Numbered from the stretch's first letter, positions 33,377-43,876 are shown. The stretch is DNA of 64,000 nt from Candidatus Saccharimonadota bacterium (GCA_017464135.1 JAFUEB010000004.1:207049-271048); one strand, 5' to 3'. The notes: generated by a model from the sequence alone, not told the origin. Translations and numbers: made by a program.

Positions 33377-33461
33377 GCCCGAGTGGTGAAATTGGTATAC
33401 ACGTATGCCTTAGGAGCATATGCCATATGGTGTGCAGGTTCAAGTCCTGTCTCGGGCACCA
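33377..33461 (+). tRNA. tRNA-Leu(TAG)
   Basis: GCCCGAG/CTCGGGC acceptor stem, TATGC-cTTAGga-GCATA anticodon arm, long variable arm, GTTCAAGTC, CCA. Confidence 0.95.
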
Positions 33462-33482
33462 TAACGACAAAATGGGTGCAAA

Positions 33483-33770
33483 ATGGAAGAAGAGGCAAAA
33501 CCAAAGAAATCAGGCAAAAAGGTGCTTAAATACACTTTTAACACCGTACTAGCCCTGATATTTTTATTTGTATTGTTTGAAACCGTGATGGGTCTTCTAA
33601 ACATGCAAAGGTTAAACGAAGACAAAGATCCACTTTGGTATATCAATTCGAGCACAGAAGCCATCGATGATAAAACGATTACAAAATACGATCTTGGCCT
33701 CTACGTAATTCATAAAGAAGAGAGCTCGTCTGAAAAGAAGCTTTTCCTAACTCTATTTTTCATAAAATAG
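33483..33770 (+). CDS. Hypothetical small membrane protein
   Basis: 95 aa, one N-terminal TM. Confidence 0.65.
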   Translation: MEEEAKPKKSGKKVLKYTFNTVLALIFLFVLFETVMGLLNMQRLNEDKDPLWYINSSTEAIDDKTITKYDLGLYVIHKEESSSEKKLFLTLFFIK

Positions 33771-33925
33771 TATCTATAATATTGGCGCAAATACTCTATT
33801 ATTTACGCCATTTTTTGTTATCAAAAAACATGATTATTTTTTCGCAAAAAATTGTGGAAAAAAGTTGCATAGTTTTAGTGCTTTTTTAACACATAAATGC
33901 TTTTTCGTGTTATTATGGTTATGTA

Positions 33926-36900
33926 ATGAGAGTGTTTGGAGGAACTCGACTAGAGTTTAGTCGCGTCATCCTAGGTAGGCGTTGCGAGCGTTCTACCACT
34001 AAGGACTTGCGATTACTCTTTTGTGCGCTGTCTCTCTTGCTAGCGTTTGGTTTTTCATCTGTCATGAACGCAAAACCAGCCAAAGCAACCGCGACTGCCA
34101 GCACGCTTTCTATGACCGTGAGCTCGGGCAGTCTTTCTGTGAGCTTGAATCCATCTCTAGATGGTACTTTTGGCGCATCAACGGATGCGTCGATTTCGGT
34201 TTCGACTAACAACTTCTCTGGCTACACCCTGTCAGTAGCCTCGCAGAGCTCTTCTAGTATGTTCTTTGGCTCAAATGAGATTCAGTCAATTAGCTCGATC
34301 ACTTCCTACAGCGACTTCAACACGCTAGCCGCATACAAGAATAAATGGGGTTACAAGCCGAGCAAATATCAACAAACTGTTCAGGGCGAAACTTCTATTG
34401 TCAACAACACTTCCAATTATCTTCCGGCTCCTTCAATCGGGGGCGATGTTCTTGATATCACTTCTACGGCCAATTCCACCGCGAATACATATACGCTTTC
34501 GTTCGGCGCGAAAGTTGATATGGGCTTACCAAATGGTACTTACACTTACACTTACATTCTCCAAGCCGTAGCGAACCCGACCGTCTACAATATCACCTAC
34601 AACCCGAATGCTTCGGATGGTGTTTCTTCGATGCCGTCACCGAATCCACAAATCGTGGAGCTATCTGGTGGCACCGATGTGACACACAGTATAGCCACGC
34701 TTAGTAACGCCACCCCAACCAGGACTGGTTATACCTTCAATGGCTGGTGCGATGTAGCGACAACCTTCAATTCGACAACCAGAAACCAAGAATGTAGCGG
34801 CACGATCTATGGCCCGGGGGATACTTATGGTATTGATCAGACGGCTGATGGCTCCAATATTATGCTTTATGCGATTTGGAATGCTAACGAGTACACAATT
34901 ACCTTTGAACCGCACAATGGCGAAAGCGCGATTGTTTGGACTAATAGAAAATATGGTGAGGAACTTGGCACTTTACCGGCACCAATCAAGGCCGAATATG
35001 TGCTTGATGGCTGGTATCCAAATACTAGCTATATCGAAGGTCAAAAGATTTCTTCCGATACTTTAGTGACCGGGACTATTACCTATCATGCACACTGGGT
35101 TGAGACTCTATTTCCGGTAGTCTGGAATCAGATGGGGGCATGTACATTTAATGGTGCAACTGATACTAATATTACCGGTTCGGAGTGTGAAGATTATTGG
35201 GATGTGAAATTTATCGATACAGGCATAGCGCTTTATAGCCAGGAAAACTATCTAAAAGATTACGAAATTCATTTTACGATTGATCACTACCTACCTTCTG
35301 AACAAGTGAACCACGATGGCGATAATAGTCAGCAAACCTTCGTAAGCGATAAGTTGGGTTCTAAAGCTGGCAATAAAAAAGCTCCTGGAGTTATCGTACG
35401 CAGAAATGGTAATACCAATATTGAATTCAACTCCAGGATGAACGATGAGGTTGGTCCGGGCAATATCCAAATTCCTTATGGTAGAGTATCTGATGTGTCA
35501 GTATTTAGGCTAAAGAATAAAGTATATTATAGTGTAAACGATGGTCCTCTGATTCTATTGCAAGACATTACTGGGTTTAGTGAACAATTCCCACTTACTA
35601 CTACATTCGGCGCATATCCAGGCAATGAATGTATTGGCGACGGTAATCCTGATTGTACATACAAACGCATCCCTCAAGCAACGCTTTCAAATATGTATAT
35701 TAGACTTGGCGAAGCCACCGATGAAGACATCCATACTATCAACTTTAAGGTTAACGACGGAACATCCGCAATCGCTACTACATATTTAATAAAAGATGGT
35801 GATAGCATTACTACTTTGCCAGAAGCGCCAACTTATACCGATCATCTGTTCCAAGGTTGGTTCACGGCAGCCAGCGGCGGCACCGAAGTAACGGCCGCAA
35901 CCGTACCGACTGTTTCTACGGATTACTATGCGCATTGGTTGGGTACGGTAGCATTAGCAAATATTGCGGATGATAGTTTTGAGCTTAATCCGCAAGAAAC
36001 CGGAACTATCGTAGTAACAAATAGTGCCGAGATTGAGTCATACGACTTCTCTTCAGACAATCCTCTTGTCGCTACGGTGAATAGTGCTGGCGTGATTACA
36101 GCACTAGCCCCTGGAAATGCCACAATTACGATGACTGGCTCAACTTCTGGCGACACAAAGACCATTAGTGTCACCGTGAATGGGGAAATTTACGATGTGT
36201 CGTTTAATGCACAGGGAGGTACTCCTGTAGACACCGTATCGGTGGGCGAAGGTTCCAGAATTGATCCTTTGCCAACCTCTATCAAGTCCGGCTATAGGCT
36301 GGTGGGTTGGTTCACTGGGCTAAATGGTACTGGTACGCAATTATTAACTTCGACGGTCTTTGATGATAATACTCCTACTGAATACAATGCTTATTGGGAG
36401 GAAGTTGAATACGTCTGTAAGATTGCCACCACGCTACATACCGAAACCTGTGGGAACACCAATGCTGGTTATGGTTGCCGAAAGGCCGGATACGCTTTGA
36501 ATGATACAATTACTTACGGCAATATAGTTGAGTCTTCTACAAAGACTTATGGTGATGCGTACAACTGCGATCTCAATAACGATGGTGAATTCAATGAAAC
36601 AAACGAAAGATTCTATTATATTGGCTCTAACAATGGCAACGCCGCTCTAGTCTATTACAAGAATGAGCCAGACGACAGCAATTACAACTGGACTAATGGT
36701 TCAGCCGCTTTACCGGACAGCACTCTGTGGACTAATCCTTTGCTTGTAGCGCAAGGCACCAAAGTCTCACGCTTTATGACGGTTGACGAGGTGACAGAGA
36801 TTTGTGGTGGCACGACTCAAATTGCTTATAAGATTAGTGATTCCACGAAAGGCAATTGTGGCTGGATTGCCGAGGAATCTTCATTCGCGTATGCATCCGG

Positions 36901-39900
36901 TAAGCTAGACACCATCTGGCTCCAACAAGTCAACGGAGCCAACCGAAGAGTCCATCTACGTGACTCTCTAGCAGTTCAGGCTCCGGCTACCACGAGCGTT
37001 AACGGTGTGCGCCCGGTGATAGAAGTACCACTAACCATGGTTGAACCATATGTTGAGAAATATGCGATTACCTTTGACCCACATAATGAAACTAGTTCAA
37101 CTACAGTAAATATTAATGCTGGTCAAGCACTAGGAGAGAACTACCCAGCGAATCCAATTTACACTAGCCACGTATTCCAAGGTTGGTTTACCGATAGTAC
37201 TGGAGGTACCAAGATTAGTAGCAGTACTGTGCCTACTGGCGCTACAACCTACCATGCACAATGGCTAAAGTCCGTAGCCCTAGCGCAGCTCGCAAGTGAT
37301 ACGTTTAGTATTGTGGAAGGCGGCACTGGTACCATTAACGTACTCAACGCATCTGAACTTGAGGAATACAGATTCGATTCCGACGATACCGATGTTGTTA
37401 CTGTTAATGCAACTACTGGTGTAATCACTGCTGTTGCTGAGGGTACGACCACAATTACGATGACTGGTACTATTTCTGGCGATACAAAAATTATCAACGT
37501 AGCGGTATTAGATGCTAGCGCAGTTTACACTATTTCATTCAACGCACATGGTGGTACTCCTACCCCATCCGATATTACAGTTCCAGCTGGTGATACGATT
37601 GGCTCACAGTTGCCATCGGCCCCGACATATACAAATCATGCCTTTATGGGTTGGTTTACCGCGGATACTGGTGGCACCGAAGTAACATCTGCCACTACCC
37701 CGAGCGGTAATACAACTTATCACGCACAATGGAAACTAGATGTAACTAACGCGGTGATTTCAAATGACTTGATACTAACGGTTGGCGATAATATCACGAT
37801 CGTCGTAAACAATTCGGCAGACCTAGAACCTTATACATTCAGTTCAAGTAATACTGATGTATTTACAGTTAATGAAACCACCGGCACCATTACTGGCGTA
37901 GGTGCAGGTACGGCAAACGTCGTTATGACCGGCACGAAGTCTAATCTCACAAAATCATTCGAAGTAGAGGTAGCCCCAATAATGCACACTGTAACCTTTA
38001 ACCCTAATGGCGGCACTACACCAACCCCATTTGCTTCAACTCAAATTGCAGATGGTGCCGCGGTAGGTAGCCTGCCAACCACAACAAAAACAAACTACAT
38101 GTTCTTTGGCTGGTACACTGATGATGGAACATTCTATGAAGAAGTGAAGTCTACTACAACTATCGACGACGATGTCACTTTCTACGCAAGATGGATAGAA
38201 GACACAGCTTCGCTCCCAGTTGTCTGGGCAGAGACCAATGAATGTACTTTCAATGGGAATAGCGCAGTGACTGGCGATGATTGTGAAAAGAAAGTAGCAA
38301 ATCAACAATATATCGACTCAAACATAAAACTGTTTGACGAAAATAATATTGGCAAGGATTTTGAGCTTGGTTTCACGATAGTGGAATATGACTATACTGC
38401 GCAGGTCTCAGGTACTGGTAATAACTCCGGTGCGCAAGCGACCTTCATTAATACTAAGCTAGAAGCCACTGGCTATCCTGGATTCGTAATTAGAAGATCT
38501 AGCGACAAACTCCAATTGACCGCCAAATTCAGTGGCACTGAAAATAAACCTATACCAAAAGACGCAATTAACACTCCAGACCCAAGTACTCTAAAACATG
38601 TCAAGATAGTAAGAAGTGGTAATGTTCTCTACTACTCATGGAATGGCGGCACATTAACCAAATGGTGGGATTTGACCGGATTCAATACTCCATTTAATAC
38701 CGAAGTATGGTTCGGCTCTTCCACAGCAAGCAACGGTACGTCGCCGATGAGACCGCTGGTAGGAAAGCTAACTGATATGTATATCCGTTTAGCTACAGCC
38801 AGCACTAGTTATACGATTAACTTCAACGTCGGCAGTGGCAGCTTTACAAACCCAGCAAGCGATAGCAGTCGCACCATTACGGCCGGTGATCAACTTGGCA
38901 CTTTGCCGGTACCAAATCCGCCAAGCGAAGATTTCACATTTGCTGGTTGGTGGGACGAGTCAGTCAGTCCGGCTATACAAATAAGCGCATCTACCATTCC
39001 AGATGGCAACAAAACCTACAAAGCACATTATTCCTATAATTCTTCTGATACGCCGGTTGAATTTGATATTTCAAATGATGCAACTAGGGGATATGAAGCA
39101 TTAATAAGCGGATGGACTCAGAGCCCAATTAATATTGCAACCTTTAACGAAGCCACCAGCGGATCACGCACCCCGGCAATCAACAATTCAACTTGGGGCG
39201 ATACAAATGAATTGTCGGAATTAGAATATTGGACCGCGATGAGAAACAACTTCGTCAGCAATCAATGTTTGATTAAAACCAATAGTTCCTATAATACAAA
39301 CAGTGATGCGACTAAACCGTTGTCTGAATTAGCGAACTTTACAAGTGGTTCAGTGGATTGCTCAAAACCAGACGCATACGATACCAAGATTGGTTCGGCG
39401 CTCAATGTGTATCTGAATAACGCTCAGGGTGAACAAGTTGCCTACGCCAAAGCCGAGAACGGTGTAATTCATAATATGATCCCAGGTCAGACATACTATT
39501 GGGAAGACCAAAATGATAGTACGGTATATGGCTACGTGACGGCAGTTTCAAACGGTTCCAGCACGGGTACGCGCTGGGTAGATACGGGCGTGGTTCGCAA
39601 TGTACGTGATTTGGGTGGTTTACCAGTTACTTATACTGATAATAATAGTCAAACCGTGACTGGTACCTTGGCATATGGTAGATTATTCCGTGGGGAAAAA
39701 CTGCAGAATGTCAATGCGACGGAGCTCACCAATCTTGGGATCAATACAGAATACAATGTTGGCGACGAATATAGTAGCGATACACATATCGGTCAGACAA
39801 ACGTTGATTATCATTTGAACCAGGTGATTCATTACGACTTTGACTATAACTCTGGCGACGAGAACAATAGCTCATCCAACTACATGAAAGCCTGGACAGC

Positions 39901-40261
39901 AATAACTAATATCATGCTCGATATTACAAACACAAGTACCACGAAGAATATTTATTTCCATTGCCGCGTGGGCGCCGATCGTACTGGCACCGTAGCATAT
40001 CTCCTTGAGGGGCTCTTAGGTGTACCGGATGAAAAAAGATATGAAGAATACGAATTAACATACTTATCTGGACTCTATGATAGAACTAGGTACTATAAGG
40101 AAAAAGTTGGCGGCTCCACCAATCCTACAAGCAAATTTGTTTACATGATGGGTTACGTCAAGACAAATGCCGATATTTACAATTGGTACATGCAAAATCC
40201 AAATGCAGATGCAAGCTTAATCCAGGCCTTCAGGACAGCTATGACTGTCACGAACAGCTAA
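33926..40261 (+). CDS. Giant surface protein: InlB B-repeat/Flg_new and Ig-like repeats, C-terminal Cx5R tyrosine-phosphatase-family domain
   Basis: Signal peptide; repeated F.GW(F/Y)T...GG...TY.A.W units; SS...VATV...G.ITA...G...IT Ig units; RNVRDLGG, RLFRG, HCRVGADRTG. Confidence 0.85.
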   Translation: MRVFGGTRLEFSRVILGRRCERSTTKDLRLLFCALSLLLAFGFSSVMNAKPAKATATASTLSMTVSSGSLSVSLNPSLDGTFGASTDASISVSTNNFSGYTLSVASQSSSSMFFGSNEIQSISSITSYSDFNTLAAYKNKWGYKPSKYQQTVQGETSIVNNTSNYLPAPSIGGDVLDITSTANSTANTYTLSFGAKVDMGLPNGTYTYTYILQAVANPTVYNITYNPNASDGVSSMPSPNPQIVELSGGTDVTHSIATLSNATPTRTGYTFNGWCDVATTFNSTTRNQECSGTIYGPGDTYGIDQTADGSNIMLYAIWNANEYTITFEPHNGESAIVWTNRKYGEELGTLPAPIKAEYVLDGWYPNTSYIEGQKISSDTLVTGTITYHAHWVETLFPVVWNQMGACTFNGATDTNITGSECEDYWDVKFIDTGIALYSQENYLKDYEIHFTIDHYLPSEQVNHDGDNSQQTFVSDKLGSKAGNKKAPGVIVRRNGNTNIEFNSRMNDEVGPGNIQIPYGRVSDVSVFRLKNKVYYSVNDGPLILLQDITGFSEQFPLTTTFGAYPGNECIGDGNPDCTYKRIPQATLSNMYIRLGEATDEDIHTINFKVNDGTSAIATTYLIKDGDSITTLPEAPTYTDHLFQGWFTAASGGTEVTAATVPTVSTDYYAHWLGTVALANIADDSFELNPQETGTIVVTNSAEIESYDFSSDNPLVATVNSAGVITALAPGNATITMTGSTSGDTKTISVTVNGEIYDVSFNAQGGTPVDTVSVGEGSRIDPLPTSIKSGYRLVGWFTGLNGTGTQLLTSTVFDDNTPTEYNAYWEEVEYVCKIATTLHTETCGNTNAGYGCRKAGYALNDTITYGNIVESSTKTYGDAYNCDLNNDGEFNETNERFYYIGSNNGNAALVYYKNEPDDSNYNWTNGSAALPDSTLWTNPLLVAQGTKVSRFMTVDEVTEICGGTTQIAYKISDSTKGNCGWIAEESSFAYASGKLDTIWLQQVNGANRRVHLRDSLAVQAPATTSVNGVRPVIEVPLTMVEPYVEKYAITFDPHNETSSTTVNINAGQALGENYPANPIYTSHVFQGWFTDSTGGTKISSSTVPTGATTYHAQWLKSVALAQLASDTFSIVEGGTGTINVLNASELEEYRFDSDDTDVVTVNATTGVITAVAEGTTTITMTGTISGDTKIINVAVLDASAVYTISFNAHGGTPTPSDITVPAGDTIGSQLPSAPTYTNHAFMGWFTADTGGTEVTSATTPSGNTTYHAQWKLDVTNAVISNDLILTVGDNITIVVNNSADLEPYTFSSSNTDVFTVNETTGTITGVGAGTANVVMTGTKSNLTKSFEVEVAPIMHTVTFNPNGGTTPTPFASTQIADGAAVGSLPTTTKTNYMFFGWYTDDGTFYEEVKSTTTIDDDVTFYARWIEDTASLPVVWAETNECTFNGNSAVTGDDCEKKVANQQYIDSNIKLFDENNIGKDFELGFTIVEYDYTAQVSGTGNNSGAQATFINTKLEATGYPGFVIRRSSDKLQLTAKFSGTENKPIPKDAINTPDPSTLKHVKIVRSGNVLYYSWNGGTLTKWWDLTGFNTPFNTEVWFGSSTASNGTSPMRPLVGKLTDMYIRLATASTSYTINFNVGSGSFTNPASDSSRTITAGDQLGTLPVPNPPSEDFTFAGWWDESVSPAIQISASTIPDGNKTYKAHYSYNSSDTPVEFDISNDATRGYEALISGWTQSPINIATFNEATSGSRTPAINNSTWGDTNELSELEYWTAMRNNFVSNQCLIKTNSSYNTNSDATKPLSELANFTSGSVDCSKPDAYDTKIGSALNVYLNNAQGEQVAYAKAENGVIHNMIPGQTYYWEDQNDSTVYGYVTAVSNGSSTGTRWVDTGVVRNVRDLGGLPVTYTDNNSQTVTGTLAYGRLFRGEKLQNVNATELTNLGINTEYNVGDEYSSDTHIGQTNVDYHLNQVIHYDFDYNSGDENNSSSNYMKAWTAITNIMLDITNTSTTKNIYFHCRVGADRTGTVAYLLEGLLGVPDEKRYEEYELTYLSGLYDRTRYYKEKVGGSTNPTSKFVYMMGYVKTNADIYNWYMQNPNADASLIQAFRTAMTVTNS

Positions 40262-40296
40262 TTAAAAAGCCGCCCCATTTGGGGCGGTAAGACAAA

Positions 40297-40773
40297 TTAC
40301 ATCATTTTGATGGCAATAAAACCTAGTAAACAAATCATCAAATCGATAAAGACACATTTGTAACAGGTTTTCTGCCAAACTTCGCGTTTTTCGGCAATAA
40401 CTGCTGGTGAAGGATAGTCTTTTGGCAGAGTTTTAATCACCTCCTCTGGTAAATCCCGGTAAGGTGCACCGCCGTGCCAGAAGAAAAGGCTGGGAAGTGC
40501 GTTAATAGCGACAACGTGGGCGGCGCCTTTGATGGCATTAATTTGCTCGGCAGGGGATAATGATGGCATTTGCTTCGCTAATTCTGGTACCAAATAAGGC
40601 ACAATACTGACATAGCTAGAGCCCATCAGGAAAATCGAGAAGACCACCCAGGCGATGCAGAAGGCACTGATTTTGGCTCGAACGAGCCGCGGAACCAACA
40701 TAAAAATCATAATCAACACTACCAAGTAAAACGTCATCCTATACGCAGTTTCGAATGCTTCAGAATTACCCAT
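40297..40773 (-). CDS. Orphan multi-TM hypothetical protein
   Basis: AGGAGG SD, TGaTATAAT promoter, 3-4 hydrophobic segments. Confidence 0.7.
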   Translation of the reverse strand: MGNSEAFETAYRMTFYLVVLIMIFMLVPRLVRAKISAFCIAWVVFSIFLMGSSYVSIVPYLVPELAKQMPSLSPAEQINAIKGAAHVVAINALPSLFFWHGGAPYRDLPEEVIKTLPKDYPSPAVIAEKREVWQKTCYKCVFIDLMICLLGFIAIKMM

Positions 40774-40891
40774 CTAAACCTCCTAAAGTACTATTTTGCA
40801 TTAAAAATGCAATTTGTCTGTCTTTAATTATATCATATTTTGTTATTTTTGTAAATATATATGCTTATTTTGGTTGTGTTATAATGAGGTT

Positions 40892-41251
40892 ATGGAAAAG
40901 AAGTTGCACGACTACGAAAAACAGATTGAAAAGCTCGAAAAAGAAGCCAAAACTCCAGCCGAAAGAGCGAAATTAGCCGAATACCACCGCGAGATGGTGA
41001 CGAATTTCCAACACGAGAGATTAATCCATTTGATTGTGACTTTATTTTTTGCGTTAATTTCAGTAACGTTCTTGTTTATCACGGCTTGGGCTGAGATCAC
41101 TTATCATTTTGGTAAGGAAATGATTCCGCTCTATATTTTGACGGCGCTCCTTGCGATTCTAACTGGATTTTATGTGCGGCACTATTATGTGCTAGAAAAC
41201 CATATCCAAGGGCTTTATAAATATACTGAAAAGCTACATTTATCAGAATAG
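40892..41251 (+). CDS. Hypothetical 2-TM membrane protein
   Basis: Leaderless start after TGtTATAAT; FQHERLIHLIVT and HYYVLEN motifs. Confidence 0.75.
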   Translation: MEKKLHDYEKQIEKLEKEAKTPAERAKLAEYHREMVTNFQHERLIHLIVTLFFALISVTFLFITAWAEITYHFGKEMIPLYILTALLAILTGFYVRHYYVLENHIQGLYKYTEKLHLSE

Positions 41252-41283
41252 AAAAATGCCGCGTATGTTACGCGGCTTTTTGA

Positions 41284-41568
41284 TTAGTACCTGACATTAC
41301 TGACTCTTAGATTGTAGCGGTAGTCTTCGCGAATGCGATCGGCGTAAAGGTGGGTGAGTTGCTCGACTTCGTCGCGAACGGACTTTTTAATGTCGTATGA
41401 AATTTCTTTCCAGGTGCCTTCTGCCGTAATAGTGCCGACTCTCTGGTCGCGATTCCAAAGATGCCAGTGCGGCTGTTTCCACTCCATACAATCACAAAGG
41501 TCGGTGTCGAGTTTTAGCTTATAGCCATGCACCGTCAGTGGTACTTCTAAAGTTCTAGGTTGGTTCAT
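41284..41568 (-). CDS. Orphan protein with PHWH motif (DUF4160-like?)
   Basis: TTGACA-17-TAAAAT promoter, AGGAGG SD; EWKQPHWHL. Confidence 0.6.
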   Translation of the reverse strand: MNQPRTLEVPLTVHGYKLKLDTDLCDCMEWKQPHWHLWNRDQRVGTITAEGTWKEISYDIKKSVRDEVEQLTHLYADRIREDYRYNLRVSNVRY

Positions 41569-41645
41569 ACTAACCTCCTAAAAAAGTAGTAACAGCCTAA
41601 GGGCTGTCCTACTTATATTTTAGCATAATTATTGTGTTTGTCAAT

Positions 41646-41744
41646 CTAGCGGTTCATATACCAGACGAGATAGTCGAGTTTGCGACGCGGTTTTTTGACC
41701 TTAGTTTTTAGCGCTTCAGGGGTGATTTCGTATTTCTTGGTCAT
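41646..41744 (-). CDS. Small basic peptide (32 aa)
   Basis: MTKKYEITPEALKTKVKKPRRKLDYLVWYMNR with TATAAT 6 nt before ATG. Confidence 0.4.
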   Translation of the reverse strand: MTKKYEITPEALKTKVKKPRRKLDYLVWYMNR

Positions 41745-41853
41745 AGTTTTATTATATCTTATTTTTAGAACTCTTATAATTGACTTTTATACTAATTGTG
41801 CTATAATATCGCAACAGGCTTCGGTCGAGCTTAGATAAAGCGGGGTAAAGTCT

Positions 41854-42402
41854 ATGTACATTAAAACTTTTATGGAAGATTTCGAGAATAAAGGAGAGTT
41901 TTTTCCAATCTGCGTGGAAATCAGCAGTCGGATTGGCGACTGGGACGGACCAGATGGCCGTTTTGAAGTCACTTATACGACTGACGGCAACGACAAGGAT
42001 CGGCAATTTGCACCGCTCTTTACGGTACTTGCCGAAGAAGCATTTGGCCGGCCTTCACTACTCGAGGAAGGAGAGAAGATTCGGCAGCCAAATCGCATCC
42101 GTCTCGATATCGATGACGGCATATGCCTTTGCTGGTTCATCTCGCAACTTGGCTCGCTCGAGGAGCAAATTCCGTTCGATTCTTTACTCGAAGCGTCTGG
42201 CGCTGAAGAGTACATCACGATTCGGATTGATATCCTTAGCGGGGATGGCAAGATGAACGGCACCGATTACGTGTATGAGCCTGGCGAGATCATTGAGACC
42301 TATTCTATTACCATCGGTTACGATGATGAGGATCCGGAATCAATTATCGCCTACGTTTCGATTGAAACTCCCGATGAAACCGAAGAACTCTGCATTTATT
42401 AA
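41854..42402 (+). CDS. Orphan acidic hypothetical protein (stand-alone cassette)
   Basis: TTGACT-17-TATAAT; very D/E-rich; terminator GGCTCCAG/CTGGAGCC at 42412-42437. Confidence 0.7.
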   Translation: MYIKTFMEDFENKGEFFPICVEISSRIGDWDGPDGRFEVTYTTDGNDKDRQFAPLFTVLAEEAFGRPSLLEEGEKIRQPNRIRLDIDDGICLCWFISQLGSLEEQIPFDSLLEASGAEEYITIRIDILSGDGKMNGTDYVYEPGEIIETYSITIGYDDEDPESIIAYVSIETPDETEELCIY

Positions 42403-42528
42403 TCTTCCATCGGCTCCAGGAAACTGGAGCCTTTTTTAGTGGTATAATTAAGGTATGAGCAGTATGATGATTTTGAGGTTGAGGCCTATTTTTCGGGTGA
42501 AGAAGATTTTGACGATGAGGACTATTAA

Positions 42529-43260
42529 ATGAAGATTGAGTTTTTGCCGGTTAAGACCAGGGTTATTCACCCACCGAAAGATGATATTTCGGACATTTTG
42601 GATTCACTCGAGATTAAAGATGGCGATATAGTTTTTATCTCGTCAAAAGTGCTCGGGATTTCGGAAGGGCGCTGCTTTAAGGTGGCTGAGCACGACAAAA
42701 CCGATTTGATCAAAGCTGAAGTAGAGCGCTATTTACCATATGTAAATAATACTGGCGATTTTCATGTTAATCTGACGGTGAACCAGAATATTTTAATCCC
42801 GAGCGGCGGTATTGATGAGTCGAATGCCAATGGTTACTATGTTTTGTGGCCAAAAAATCCGGATGAATCCTGCCGGAGAGTTCGCGAGAAGTTGATGGCG
42901 CGAACTGGGGTTAAAAATCTCGGCGTTGTGGCAACTGATTCACACACTACGCCACTACGTTGGGGCGTAACTGGTATTGCGATTGGTCTTGCCGGCGTGA
43001 AACCACTTGAGGATATTCGTGGCAAAGAAGATTTGTTTGGTCGCGCGATGCATGTCACGCAAATTGATAAAATTGACCCGCTTACTAGCATGGCGGTTGC
43101 AATCATGGGCGAATCAAGTGAAGCAACGCCGATTGTGATTTTGCGTGATTACAATGACATAAAGTTTTCCGACACCGCTTCGATGAAAGATTTTAAAATC
43201 GACCCGGATTTTGATTTATATTCACCACTAATTAAGGTTTTGCCAATTAATAAAAAGTAA
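42529..43260 (+). CDS. Coenzyme F420-0:L-glutamate ligase (CofE)-like protein
   Basis: DGDIVFISSKVLGISEG, GGIDESN, TDSHTTPLRWG, DIRGKEDLFGR, MGE...TPIV. Confidence 0.8.
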   Translation: MKIEFLPVKTRVIHPPKDDISDILDSLEIKDGDIVFISSKVLGISEGRCFKVAEHDKTDLIKAEVERYLPYVNNTGDFHVNLTVNQNILIPSGGIDESNANGYYVLWPKNPDESCRRVREKLMARTGVKNLGVVATDSHTTPLRWGVTGIAIGLAGVKPLEDIRGKEDLFGRAMHVTQIDKIDPLTSMAVAIMGESSEATPIVILRDYNDIKFSDTASMKDFKIDPDFDLYSPLIKVLPINKK

Positions 43261-43268
43261 GGAGTCTT

Positions 43269-43784
43269 ATGGACCAATACGTCAAAGTTAGTATCGATAG
43301 TAGAAGAGATACGATTTTTAACAGCTTTAATGTAAATGATAAATTCAAGAAGAAAATTGATGATTTATTTAAGAAGATTGAGGAGCTTGGCAAGACTTGT
43401 AAAGATTCGGCCGATTTCGAGGCAAAATTTGCAGCGAGTCCATTAAACCAAGAATACATGGATTTATTTACCGAACTTGCAACCGCTGGCGCGGTCAAGC
43501 CACTCGACGACAAAGCGAAAAAAGAGCAAGATCAAAGCATGGCCGAGGCCGTGGCAGAAGGTGCCATGAGTACGGCGGCCGACAATGTAAAACGCGCAGT
43601 TTTACCAACCCGCGCTTCGGTCCATCAAAAAGTCTATGATGAAGCTAGAAAAGTCCCAGTCCTAGGTGAAGCACTCCATGTTAAACAATATGCCGATTTA
43701 TTTGGTGGTTTTCGTCGTGCGAAGAAAGCCAAAGAAGAGCAAGAGCAGCTGAAAAAAAAGTTAGAAGACGACAAAAAAGACTGA
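43269..43784 (+). CDS. Hypothetical helical protein
   Basis: AAGGAG SD; 171 aa. Confidence 0.7.
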   Translation: MDQYVKVSIDSRRDTIFNSFNVNDKFKKKIDDLFKKIEELGKTCKDSADFEAKFAASPLNQEYMDLFTELATAGAVKPLDDKAKKEQDQSMAEAVAEGAMSTAADNVKRAVLPTRASVHQKVYDEARKVPVLGEALHVKQYADLFGGFRRAKKAKEEQEQLKKKLEDDKKD

Positions 43785-43876
43785 TTATTTGCGTTTTTTC
43801 TAAAATTATGCTACAATAAGTAATGGCGAAGGGCCTCTCTCGGCCCTTTGTATTATCTAAAGGGGGTACGTACATT

